Source of the DNA: Vicinamibacterales bacterium
Lineage (GTDB): Bacteria; Acidobacteriota; Vicinamibacteria; Vicinamibacterales; UBA8438
Direction: 5' to 3'
NCBI GenBank assembly: GCA_965207615.1
Contig: CBDBMZ010000003.1
Location: forward strand, 3,949,855 to 4,013,854
Length of the DNA: 64,000 nt
The notes beneath the pieces were generated by a model. It was not told where the DNA came from, did not search any database, and was given only the letters and a program-made list of their open reading frames with translations. This document shows positions 55,288 to 64,000 of the stretch, one piece after another. Positions within the stretch are counted from its first letter, which is position 1. Every line of letters starts with the position of its first letter. A program made the position numbers and the translations under genes.

Positions 55288-56088
55288 ATGTTCAACAGGA
55301 TCACACCCGTGCCCGTTGCCGGCACCTCGAGCACGCTGCCAACAGCGTCGCGTCGAGCCCTTGGACGACGTATTGGCCTGTCGGCCCCCGGCCTGGCCAT
55401 GGCGGGATGCTCCGCGTCCGAGCCTGAGCCCTCGGCCGCCTCGGCGCCCGCCGAGGCGCCGGCCGACCAGGAATTCGTGCCGGCCCAGGATGCCGCGTCA
55501 CAGGCTGCCGTCACTCCCGACGCCGCCCTCACGCTCCTTGCCGACGGCAACGCGAGATTCGTCGCCGGGACTCCTGCCCGTCGCGACTACAGCGACCAGA
55601 TTCGAGCGACCGCCGCGGCGCAGTACCCGTTCGCGGTCGTGCTCGGGTGCATCGATTCCCGAGTCCCCATCGAGACCGTCTTCGACCAGGGGATCGGGGA
55701 CATCTTCTCGGCCAGGGTCGCCGGCAACATCGTGAACACCGAGCTGCTCGGCAGCATGGAGTTCGCCTGTCGACTCGCCGGGTCGAAGCTCGTGGTCGTC
55801 CTCGGACACACCTCGTGCGGCGCCGTGAAGGGGGCCATCAGCAGCGCCCGGCTCGGCAACCTCACCCAGCTCTTGCAGAAGATCGACCCCGCCGTGGAGG
55901 CGATCGAAGGCGAGCGCGATGTCGACAACGCCCCCTACGTCGACGGGGTTGCCGAAGAGAACGTGCGCCTGGTGATCGAGGAGATTCGCCGAGAAAGCCC
56001 CGTACTGGCCACGATGGAGCAGGAACGAGAGATCCGAATCGTGGGCGCGATGTATGACGTCTCCACCGGCGTCGTGCGCTTCATCTGA
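55288..56088 (+). CDS. Beta-class carbonic anhydrase, exported lipoprotein form
   Basis: The signal carries RR and the lipobox LAMAGC. Zinc-ligand motifs are GCIDSRVP and GHTSCGAV. Confidence 0.9.
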   Translation: MFNRITPVPVAGTSSTLPTASRRALGRRIGLSAPGLAMAGCSASEPEPSAASAPAEAPADQEFVPAQDAASQAAVTPDAALTLLADGNARFVAGTPARRDYSDQIRATAAAQYPFAVVLGCIDSRVPIETVFDQGIGDIFSARVAGNIVNTELLGSMEFACRLAGSKLVVVLGHTSCGAVKGAISSARLGNLTQLLQKIDPAVEAIEGERDVDNAPYVDGVAEENVRLVIEEIRRESPVLATMEQEREIRIVGAMYDVSTGVVRFI

Positions 56089-56092
56089 CCCC

Positions 56093-56800
56093 ATGCCGCG
56101 CATATTGATCGGCGCCCTCGTTCTCGCCGGCGCGATGCTGTCGCCCGCTGCGGCCCCGGCCCAGACCCCGGTCGATTGGGACCAGCCCGGCGCCTGGTAC
56201 ATGCTGTTCTGGTCGACCCGCTTCGACGACTCGTCCGTGGGACTGCAGGGTGACGTGCAGCACCGCAACTGGAACATGGGGACCGACCTCGAGCAGTTGC
56301 TGATCCGGGGCGGCCTGACCTACGCCCTGCCCCAATCTCCCGTGCTGCTGACTGGTGGCGTGGCGCACATCACGAGCGGTGCCTTCGGCGACAGCGACGA
56401 GACCAGCGGAGAGCGACGCGTGTATCAGGAGGCGTTGGTCAGCCAGTCTTTCGGACGGGTCGTTTTTCTGCGCCACCGCTACCGGTACGAACAGCGTTGG
56501 GTCGACGGCCACGACTTCCGGACACGGTTTCGCTACGCCCTGTTCGGCAATGTCGCGCTGAATGGACGAGGGACCGGAAGCGGGTCCGTTTACCTGGCGC
56601 TGTACAACGAGGTCTTCATGAACGGGGAGCTCGAAATCGGGCGAGGCAGGACGGTAGAGCGCTTCGACCGCAACCGGTTCTACACCGCACTCGGCTTCGG
56701 CGTCAACGACCGGTCCCAAGTCCAGGCCGGCTACATGGTCCAGACGGTACCGGGTGGCTCGAAGGGGCAGATCCAGGTCAGTCTCCACACATCCTTCTGA
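56093..56800 (+). CDS. DUF2490-family outer-membrane protein
   Basis: ATG at 56093 with a signal peptide. Characteristic blocks are ERRVYQE...LRHRYRYEQRW...FRTRFRYAL and a C-terminal F. Confidence 0.7.
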   Translation: MPRILIGALVLAGAMLSPAAAPAQTPVDWDQPGAWYMLFWSTRFDDSSVGLQGDVQHRNWNMGTDLEQLLIRGGLTYALPQSPVLLTGGVAHITSGAFGDSDETSGERRVYQEALVSQSFGRVVFLRHRYRYEQRWVDGHDFRTRFRYALFGNVALNGRGTGSGSVYLALYNEVFMNGELEIGRGRTVERFDRNRFYTALGFGVNDRSQVQAGYMVQTVPGGSKGQIQVSLHTSF

Positions 56801-57040
56801 AAGTGCACCGCCACCCGGCGTGACGACGGCTGGGCCATCCAGCTTCGGGCCCCGGCCGGAGAGCTCGAGGACCTCCACGCCGACGAGCGGGCGGAGATCG
56901 TCGCGGCGGCGCGCCGGGCGGTGCTCGACCTCTTCACCGCCTTCAACACCGGCGACGTCGACGGCACGGTCGCGACGCTCAACCACCCGTTGCACCTGTT
57001 CATGACCCCGCCAGCGGCTTCGTTCCCCTTCGTCGGCTGA
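56801..57040 (+). pseudogene. N-terminal fragment of an NTF2/SnoaL-like protein without a start codon
   Basis: My translation in the frame of the preceding gene reads ...LEDLHADERAEIVAAARRAVLDLFTAFNTGDVDGTVATLNHPLHLF..., with the stop at 57038-57040. No ATG/GTG/TTG precedes the conserved block, and the product is too short for a full domain. Confidence 0.3.
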
Positions 57041-57322
57041 TATTGACGAGGCGACCGCTTTCCGTTTACTCTCTCGATCGCCGGGCGCGACAGCAAGGGG
57101 ACCTGCCGCGTCTGCTCGCTGCCCTGGACGCGGTGGCGCCGCCCGTCGGTGCGGCCGCAGACGTGGCGTAGCATGGGCGACTTCGTAAACGAGACGAGGA
57201 GTCGCCACTCCCGAAGCCCAACAGCCAACGGGACAATCCCCGCGGCAAGAGAACGGGGAGAACCCGAAGGAAGCGGCGAGTCACACGATGTCGTCGATTT
57301 CACGAGAGAGAGGACACCCGTC

Positions 57323-57859
57323 ATGAGGAACCAACTACATCCTGTTCTGACCGCGGCCCTCGGCCTCGCCCTTGCCGCCATTGCGACGTCGGCTGCAGCG
57401 GAACCGATCGCCGAACAGACTGTCATCGATGCACAGAAGACCTGGGGCGAGGGCATTGTCGCGATTGCCAAAGTTCATGCCGATGGCGGCGACTACACCG
57501 CCCGTGCGACGGAACACGTCAATGACCTCTATGCATATGGCGAGACCAGCGTCATGTTCAAGCCGACCATGGCAGCGGAAGATCAGTTCCGTGAAACATT
57601 CGACGAAGCTCTGAGCTACTTCATTGGGCAAGACGGAACGGAGGACAAAGGGTTCGCAATCTCGGGCTGGACCAATGTTCGGTGGGAGAACAACGGCATC
57701 TACACCAACGACACCTCCGCAGTGGCCATGGGCAACTACTACTTCACAGGCCCGGACGGCAACGAGACGAAGGTCGAGTACACCTTTGGCTACGTCCTTG
57801 TCGACGGTGATTTGAAGATCAATCTTCATCATTCGTCGCTGCCCTTCAGCCCCGAATAG
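57323..57859 (+). CDS. Secreted hypothetical protein, possibly NTF2-like fold
   Basis: GAGAGAGG RBS, then ATG 57323 and a signal peptide. G+C is lower than in the neighbours. The block WGEGIVAIAKVH...MFKPT...EYTFGYV...HHSSLPFSP was not assigned to a family. Confidence 0.6.
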   Translation: MRNQLHPVLTAALGLALAAIATSAAAEPIAEQTVIDAQKTWGEGIVAIAKVHADGGDYTARATEHVNDLYAYGETSVMFKPTMAAEDQFRETFDEALSYFIGQDGTEDKGFAISGWTNVRWENNGIYTNDTSAVAMGNYYFTGPDGNETKVEYTFGYVLVDGDLKINLHHSSLPFSPE

Positions 57860-57959
57860 TCGCGGACCCGGCCTTCGGGCCGGCCGGACGCTTGCAAGTA
57901 CGGCCCGGTTTCGCCACCGCGTGTGGTGAACCGGGCCGTTTTCGTACCTGAGATGCCGC

Positions 57960-58586
57960 TCAGGGGACAGGAGCGGGGACCGTGAAGAGGTCCGGCGCGG
58001 GCGGAATGCGTCGAGCCGTATTCGCTCGAACCTCGAAGCGCTCGCCGGTGTCCATGAAGATGGTCATCTCGATGACGATCGGCGGATACGCGAGCGGATC
58101 CGCGGCAGTCTCCATCATGGGCGGGTCGTGCACCCAGTACTCGGTACGCCCGAAGCCCTCTCGAGCCTGCGCGCGACCCTGCAAGCGGATCGGACCCAGC
58201 GCCCTCTCGCCGATCTCCGTGGTTTCGGCGCCCGCGGGCAGCGTGGCTGAACTCCGGCCGACGGGCGACGCGACGTTGACGGGGGGAATCCGTCCACTGC
58301 GCACGGCCTCGAGAAGAGAGTGATTCACGGAGACGTGAACGCCGTCGCGGGGGAGTCGGTACTCCGACGTCGTGGTACCGTCAGCCGGTGTCTGGTCGTG
58401 CCGGTGGCGCCCGTCCGGCGCGATGTAGTGCACTCCCTCGAACTGCGGGGATTCGGTACCGTCGGCCTGCACGACGACGGCAACGTAGTCGACGCGCACG
58501 ACGGTGTCGTCCTGCGCATCGACGGTCACGGACGCCAGCGCGGACAGGATCGCCGCGATCAGGATCACCGAAGCACGAATCATCAT
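57960..58586 (-). CDS. Secreted hypothetical protein
   Basis: AAGGAG RBS, then ATGATG 58586 with signal MMIRASVILIAAILSALASVTVDAQ. No motif was recognised. Confidence 0.55.
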   Translation of the reverse strand: MMIRASVILIAAILSALASVTVDAQDDTVVRVDYVAVVVQADGTESPQFEGVHYIAPDGRHRHDQTPADGTTTSEYRLPRDGVHVSVNHSLLEAVRSGRIPPVNVASPVGRSSATLPAGAETTEIGERALGPIRLQGRAQAREGFGRTEYWVHDPPMMETAADPLAYPPIVIEMTIFMDTGERFEVRANTARRIPPAPDLFTVPAPVP

Positions 58587-58620
58587 CTCTCGTCTCCTTC
58601 GCAGAGGCACGGACGCAGCT

Positions 58621-61331
58621 TCATTCGCTCTTCAGGGTCACGAACGGGTCCGCCCGCGAGGCGCGCCGGGCGGGGACGTAGCTGGCGAAGAGGGCGATGC
58701 CCAGGAGCAGCACCGTCGCGGCGCTGAACGACCCCGGGTCGGCGGGTCCGATCTCGAACAGGAGGCTGTCGAGCACGCGCCCCGAGGCGAACGCGGCGGC
58801 GACGCCCAGCAGCGCCCCGACGAGGACCGGCCTCAGGGCCTGGCGCACCACCAGGGTCACCAGTTGCCGGGCGGTGGCGCCCAGGGCCAAGCGCACGCCC
58901 AGCTCGTAGCGCCGCTGCGCGGCGACGTGGGCGGCGATGCTGTAGACGCCGACCGCCGCGAGCAGCAGGGCGAGGGCCGCGAACGCGCCGGCCACGAGGG
59001 TGTTCAGGCGTTCGGAGCCGACCGACTGCGCCACCCGGTCCTCGACCGTGGTCATGTCGAACAGGGGGACGTCGGCGTAGAGGTTCCCGAGCTCGGCGCG
59101 GATCGCCGGCGCGAGGGCGAGGGGATCGGCGCTCGTCCGGACCAGGAACCCCGGCACGCCCCAGAAGAACTGCGCATACGGCTTGAAGACGTGCGGCGCC
59201 GGCTCGTCCGCGAGGCCGACGGTCCGGGCGTCGGCCACGATGCCGGCGATGGACACGCCCTCGCGGGCGATGGGCGGCCCCCCGCGGTTGAAGCTGCGAA
59301 CCGGCATCTCGAGCCGCGGGCGGTCGAGGATCCGCGCGTCGGGCTCGCCGGGGAAGAAGCGCCGCGCGAAGGCCCGGTTGACGATCACGACCGGCGGCGC
59401 ATCCGCTCCGTCGCGCGCGGTGAGGTCGCGCCCCGCTTCCAGGCGCATGCCCAGCGTGGCGACAAAGTCGGGGCTGACGGTGTCGCCGAGGACTCTCGGC
59501 AGCTCCTCGTCGGAAGTGTCGCGCCCGATGAAACGGAGGCTCGTGCCGATCTCGCTCCTCGGCGTCGTTTCGAACGGCAGGCGATCCGTCATGGCGACCG
59601 ACTCGACACCCGGCAGGGCGCCGACGCGTTCGAGGATCCCGTCGACGAACGCGGCCTGCCGGGGCATCTCGTGCAGGTGCGACACCGCCCGGAACGTCAG
59701 CAGGTAGCGCGGATCGAACCCCGTGTCGGTCGCGGTCAGCCGGGTCAGGCTCGTCAGGAGCAGCCCGGCGCTCACGAGCAGGACCAGGGTCAGCGCCACC
59801 TGCCCGCCGAGCAGCGCGCCCTGCAGCCGCCGGCGCGGGACCGCGGCCCCGCTCTGCAGTCCGGCCGCCGCGCGGTGCAGGAAGCGCGGCAGCCACGCGA
59901 GGGCCGCGCCGACGCTGACCAGGCACATCAGCACGACCACGGCGACGGCGAAGCCGAGGGTCGCGCCGTCGAGCCCGATGGTGTCGGCGAAGAGCGCGGT
60001 GTCCGCGATCAGCGCCCGCATGCCGCCCATGCCCAGGCCGAGGGCGGCGAGGGCGACGGCGGCGGCCAGGCCCCCCAGCACCAGCGTCTCGGTCAGGAGC
60101 TGCGCGGCCACGCGCCGCCGCGTGGCGCCCATCGTGAGACGCACGGCGAGCTCGCGCTGCCGTCCGAGGGTCCGGATGACCTGCAGGTTCGCCACGTTCG
60201 CGCACGCGATGGGCAGCAGCAGGGCAATCGCGCCCGACAGCAGCCACACGCGACCGCGGACATCGCCGACCAGTTGATCGTGCAGAGGCCGCACCCGGAG
60301 CGCATCGCGCGTCATGAGCGACGCGGCGCTCGACAGTCGGGGCGCCGGATAGAACGTGGCGGCACTCTGCCGGCGAACCACCTCAAGCTCCGCCCTGGCG
60401 CTCTCGACGGACTGCCCCGGGGCCAGCCGCCCGATGACGTGCACGAGCACCATGAACACCTGCCGGCCATCGTCGGAAACGACCGGCGGGAAGCTGTGCG
60501 GGATGTACACGTCCACGCGCTCGCGGCCGGGGAAGGTGAAGCCGGCGGGGGCCACGCCCACGACCACCCTCGGGCGGCCGTCCATGTTCACCGTCTCGCC
60601 CACCAGCGACGGGTCGCCCCCGAAACGGCGCATCCAGAAATCGTGGCCCAGCATGACGACGGCCTCAGCGCCGAGCTCCGCGTCCGCGGCACGAAGCCGC
60701 GACCGGCCGCGAACGGCTCGTTGGTCAGCAGCGGAAAGAACCCCGCGGTCACCATGAGGGTGACGACGCGCTCCGGCTCGCCGCGCAGGGTGAGATTCTG
60801 GTCGCGCGACGAGAACGCGAACGCGGCGACGGCGTCGAGCGTCGTCGCCCCGTCGCGCCACGCGACGAAGGAGGGATGCCGGACCACGTCGGCCGGCGGA
60901 CCCTGCTCGCGAATCGCCTCGACGGCGACGAGCCGCTCCGGGTCGGGGTACGGGAGCGGGCGCAGCCACAGCGCCCACGCCACCGCGAACACCAGGGTGG
61001 TCGCGCCGATGCCGACGCCGAGGGTCACCAGCACCATCGTCGTGAAGCCGGGGGCCCGTGACAGCCCGCGCAGGCCGTGCCGCACGTCGCGCGACAGGTT
61101 CTCGACGGCCTGGAACCCCCAGGCGTCGCGGCAGTCGTCCTTGGCCGCGTCCAGCGAGCCGAACGCCAGCCTCGCCTGGCGCCGCGCCTCTTCCGGGCCC
61201 AGGCCGCGGGCGAGGTTCTTCTCGACCTCCTGCTCGAGGTAGAAGGCGATCTCCGCGTCGAGGTCGCGGTTGGCGCGGTCGCGCCGGAGAGCGGTGCGGA
61301 GCCGCAGGACGATCGCGTCGAGCCAGCGCAT
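58621..61331 (-). pseudogene. ADOP-family FtsX/MacB-type permease with N-terminal prefix domain, disrupted by a frameshift near 60690
   Basis: The N-terminal ~210 aa (MRWLDAIVLRLRTALRRDRANRDLDAEIAFYLE...GFFPLLTNEPFAAGRGF) are in the frame of track ORF 60588-61949. The rest (AADAELGAEAVVMLGHDFWMRRFGGDP...PFVTLKSE) is in the frame of ORF 58621-61335. Confidence 0.75.
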
Positions 61332-61415
61332 GCATTCCCCCCTTGCCGTCTGCCGAGAGAAGATATACGATTTCAATATCGAATGTCTATAACCATTGGA
61401 CACCGGAGCGACGAC

Positions 61416-61754
61416 ATGAGACCGCGATCCGACAAGACCGACCTCTTGAGGGGCACCCTCGACCTCCTCATCCTCCGCACCCTCGAGCTGCGCCCGCTGC
61501 ACGGCGTGGCCATCGCCGAGCGCATCCGCCAGGTGACGGGGGGGACGTTCGACGTGCAGCCCGGGTCGCTCTTCCCGGCCCTGCACCGGCTGGAGCACGA
61601 GGCGTGGACCGCCGGCGAGTGGACGACCAACGCGGAGAAGCGCCGGGTGAAATCCTACGTGCTGACCGCGGCCGGCCGCCGGCAGCTCGCGGCCCAGCGG
61701 CGGGAATGGGACCGCATCGTGACCGCGGTGACCCAGGTGCTGGAGACCGGTTGA
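61416..61754 (+). CDS. PadR-family transcriptional regulator
   Basis: GGAG RBS, then ATG 61416. The sequence reads LLRGTLDLLILRTLELRPLHGVAIAERI...GSLFPALHRLEHEAW...KSYVLTAAGR. It is divergent from the frameshifted permease. Confidence 0.9.
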   Translation: MRPRSDKTDLLRGTLDLLILRTLELRPLHGVAIAERIRQVTGGTFDVQPGSLFPALHRLEHEAWTAGEWTTNAEKRRVKSYVLTAAGRRQLAAQRREWDRIVTAVTQVLETG

Positions 61755-61949
61755 TTCCGCGTGAAGGAGCCGCGTCGGCCGCGCGATGCGGACCCCGCGG
61801 GCCGCCGTGACCGCGTCGTGCCGCTCTCGCCGCAGATGGCGGGGCGGCGTTTCCGCGCGCGGGTCCGGGCCGAGAATCCGAGCCCCGGCCGCGAACGAAA
61901 GGTCCCGGGGATCCTCGCTGGCTACAGCCCTGAATCCCCTTTCTTCCAC

Positions 61950-61978
61950 TTACAGCCCGCCACCGCGCAGGGTAAAAT
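61950..61978 (+). promoter_or_regulatory. Candidate sigma70-type promoter of the small-protein/NTase cassette
   Basis: TTACAG (61950-61955), a 17-nt spacer, then TAAAAT (61973-61978). It lies about 85 nt upstream of ATG 62064. Confidence 0.4.
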
Positions 61979-62063
61979 GACTCGTCGCGAGAAGGACAGC
62001 GCAAACAGCAAGCAGCAGCACCGGACCAAGACGCACTGCTAGCGAAAACGAGACGAGGCCACC

Positions 62064-62330
62064 ATGGCCACGAGCAACGACCCACACAAGGCCGGGTACG
62101 CGATCTCATTCGAGAGCTGGGAAGCGTACCAGGAATGGGAAGACGAACAGACGGCCAGGACGCCGGATGGACCCGACGCCGCCGTACGACGCTTCTGGGA
62201 GATGGCCGACCTGACTGACAGCCTCGAGCGGCTGAACCCGCACGAGCGACCTCGGTTCATCGCATCCTTCGAGAGTTTCGACGAGTACGCGACCTGGAAG
62301 AATGGCCAGACAAACCCGTGGAATTGGTGA
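62064..62330 (+). CDS. Small acidic Trp-rich hypothetical protein with internal duplication
   Basis: GAGG RBS, then ATG 62064, giving 88 aa. Two similar motifs are present, AISFESWEAYQEWEDEQ and IASFESFDEYATWKNGQ. G+C is lower than in the flanks. Confidence 0.5.
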   Translation: MATSNDPHKAGYAISFESWEAYQEWEDEQTARTPDGPDAAVRRFWEMADLTDSLERLNPHERPRFIASFESFDEYATWKNGQTNPWNW

Positions 62331-62847
62331 CAAGTGGATCGACGTTTGCAGGCGGCTCAACGACCGAGGCGCCGCTTACATCGTGGTGGGCGGCATTGCC
62401 GTCAACCTCCACGGCCATGTGAGAGCGACCAGGGACCTGGACATCCTGGTGCCTCGGGACATCGAGAATACGAGGCGGATACTGGAGGCCCTGGCCGAGC
62501 TTCCCTACGGAATGGCTCGAGAGCTCGACGCCGAGATCGTCGACGCGCGGCCCATAACGATAATCGGGGATGATCCGCGAGTCGACATCCTGAAGAGCGC
62601 GGGGGCTCTCAACTACAGCAATGCGAAAGACGGGGTCGTTACGATAACGGTCGAGAACGTGGTTGTGCCCTACGTGAGCCTGGAAGATCTGATCCGATCA
62701 AAGAAGACGGACCGGGACGACGACAAGGCAGACGAAAGGCGACTACAGCTGATAGCAAAGCAAAAGGCCCGGCGGACAACCGGAACGAACCCGACGAAGC
62801 CCGGAAGCCCGGGCGAGTCGGAACCTCCCGAACAAACCGGGAGCTGA
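62302..62847 (+). CDS. Pol-beta-superfamily nucleotidyltransferase-fold protein
   Basis: The motif VVGGIAVNLHGHVRATRDLDILV fits G-G/S-x(9-13)-D-h-D. A later VDIL may supply the third carboxylate. The gene overlaps the upstream small ORF by 29 nt. Confidence 0.7.
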   Translation: MARQTRGIGDKWIDVCRRLNDRGAAYIVVGGIAVNLHGHVRATRDLDILVPRDIENTRRILEALAELPYGMARELDAEIVDARPITIIGDDPRVDILKSAGALNYSNAKDGVVTITVENVVVPYVSLEDLIRSKKTDRDDDKADERRLQLIAKQKARRTTGTNPTKPGSPGESEPPEQTGS

Positions 62848-62898
62848 AAGATCCCGCGCCGGCCCAGGCTCCCGGCGCCCGCACTCGGCGCGCGCGGC

Positions 62899-63060
62899 CG
62901 ACCGCCTCGACGCCGGGGAGCGTCCGGAACCGATCGAGCAGGCGCCGCGTGTAGACGCGCGCATCGTCGGGCGCGAACCGGGTCGCCGGCGCCAGGAACG
63001 TCATCGGGGCGGTCGGCTCGCGGCCGAAGTCCGGGTCGACCGACTGCGCCCGCTGAAAGC
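62899..63060 (-). pseudogene. Internal ~54-codon fragment of an ADOP-type permease
   Basis: SFQRAQSVDPDFGREPTAPMTFLAPATRFAPDDARVYTRRLLDRFRTLPGVEAV aligns with the inter-module region of the other permeases (…TDTGFDPRYLLTFRAV...FVDGILERVGALPGVESV). The flanks in that frame are junk. Confidence 0.35.
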
Positions 63061-63265
63061 TGCCCCGGGGCAGCACCTGGCGCTGGCGGTCCGTCAGGGG
63101 GTCAGGCTCGGTCCACTCCCGGGAGCCTGCTCTCGCCCGACCGCCGAGAAATCCTGTAACCGATCTTGCCCGCCTGGACTCTTCACATAGAGAGGCAGAC
63201 AGGCCGGACCTTGGCCGTGAGCCCTCCACGTCGGCGTTCACGCATCCCAGATAGAGAGGTGCGAG

Positions 63266-63808
63266 ATGACCAGATCGGGAGTTTGGATTCTGCTTGTGTC
63301 CTTGGCGACGCCCGCGGCAGCACAGGATGTCGGCTCCTTCAGCGGGCTGGCGCAGCTGGTCGAGGCCGGCGACGACGTCCGCGTGACGCTCCGCGGCGGC
63401 CGCTCGCTGAACGCGCAGGTCGCCGGAGTGACGCCGGACACGCTCTCCGTGTTCGCCCGCGGCATTCGTCGTGACCTCGGCGAGGCGGACGTCTGGGCCG
63501 TCGACCGACGGCTGGAGGACTCCAATGCGAACGGGGCTTGGCTCGGCTTCGCGGCCGGTGCCGCGTACGGGGTGTACACCGTCTTCGCCATCTGGGAGTC
63601 GCCGCCTTCGGACCCCGTCGAGGTGGCCAAGGGCCTGACGGTGCTCGGCGGGCTCTTCGGCGCCGCCGGCGCCTGGGGCGGCTACGCCGTGGACCGCATG
63701 ATCAGGCGGGAGGAGGCGGTCTATCGCCCGTCCTCCGGACCGCGCCTGTCTGTGGCCCCGGTGCTCTCGCCCGCCCGCCGAGGCGTCGGCGTCTCGCTCA
63801 GCTTCTGA
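63266..63808 (+). CDS. Secreted hypothetical protein with glycine-zipper segment; paralog of 39627-40157
   Basis: GAGAGG RBS, then ATG 63266 with a signal peptide. It shares GD.V.VT..GR.L, ..DS.ANGA.LGF, LFGAAGA and the C-terminal RLSVAPVLSPARRGVGVSLSF with the 39627 product. Confidence 0.6.
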   Translation: MTRSGVWILLVSLATPAAAQDVGSFSGLAQLVEAGDDVRVTLRGGRSLNAQVAGVTPDTLSVFARGIRRDLGEADVWAVDRRLEDSNANGAWLGFAAGAAYGVYTVFAIWESPPSDPVEVAKGLTVLGGLFGAAGAWGGYAVDRMIRREEAVYRPSSGPRLSVAPVLSPARRGVGVSLSF

Positions 63809-63932
63809 GCAGGATGGCAGAAAAGCTGTAACCGTCGGCGCGGTGGAGCAGGCGCTCGCGGCCGTCGGCAAGCGGCTCGAGCTGCGCGTCGTCGAGGAGA
63901 CGGCACGCAGCGGCCCGTAATCCCCGTTGGGC

Positions 63933-64000
63933 TCAGTCGGCGAGCTCGAACTCGCTCCACTGCGTCGTCGTGTTCCGGCGGGTGGTGCTGAACAGCACCC
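63933..64000 (-). CDS. 3' end of an unidentified gene (partial, continues beyond the window)
   Basis: The minus-strand frame reads ...VLFSTTRRNTTTQWSEFELAD, with the stop at 63933-63935. It is too short for any assignment. Confidence 0.3.
   Translation of the reverse strand, partial: VLFSTTRRNTTTQWSEFELAD

Noticed and set aside
61761-62042. A 93-aa ORF directly after the third PadR, considered as the start of a co-directional permease.
   Set aside because: The translation is Arg/Pro-rich and has no resemblance to the ADOP prefix domain seen at 61331 (minus strand).
1-64000. tRNA, rRNA, tmRNA, integrase, transposase or phage structural genes that could delimit mobile islands.
   Set aside because: None was recognised by eye in any intergenic region or ORF. 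A tRNAscan-SE/Infernal pass would be needed to exclude small RNAs formally.

Overview
This is a very high-G+C bacterial chromosomal segment. G+C and identities were judged by eye, not computed. No rRNA, tRNA, CRISPR array, cas gene, integrase or transposase was recognised. Gene content looks Acidobacteriota-like (inference): three PadR regulators with ADOP/MacB-type FtsX permeases, two DUF1592-family/DUF1552 pairs, three outer-membrane uptake loci, a secreted ankyrin protein and many secreted hypotheticals. I support about 50 CDS.

Notable blocks:
- An accessory stretch at 5.3-10 kb holds toxin-antitoxin genes.
- A BlaI/BlaR1-like operon ends in a five-EF-hand lipoprotein (24.3-27.3 kb).
- An RHH-MazF pair has an 84-nt structured repeat inserted in frame in the toxin gene (29.2 kb).
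- A lower-G+C two-gene ABC-ATPase + Toprim-like cassette (33.7-35.5 kb) is my best candidate for an uncharacterised, PARIS/OLD-like defence module.
- A cobalamin-riboswitch-controlled, translationally coupled btuF-btuC-btuD-cobQ operon lies at 45.8-50.3 kb, minus strand.
- It is divergent from a TonB receptor/PepSY pair that is preceded by a phased repeat array.
- A small-protein + nucleotidyltransferase cassette lies at 62.0-62.8 kb.

Recurrent themes are gene decay and unusual non-coding repeat structures. The decay includes two orphan antitoxins, a 42-codon PIN stub, and one frameshifted and two fragmentary ADOP permeases. All family names come from motif recognition by eye. No database search was run.
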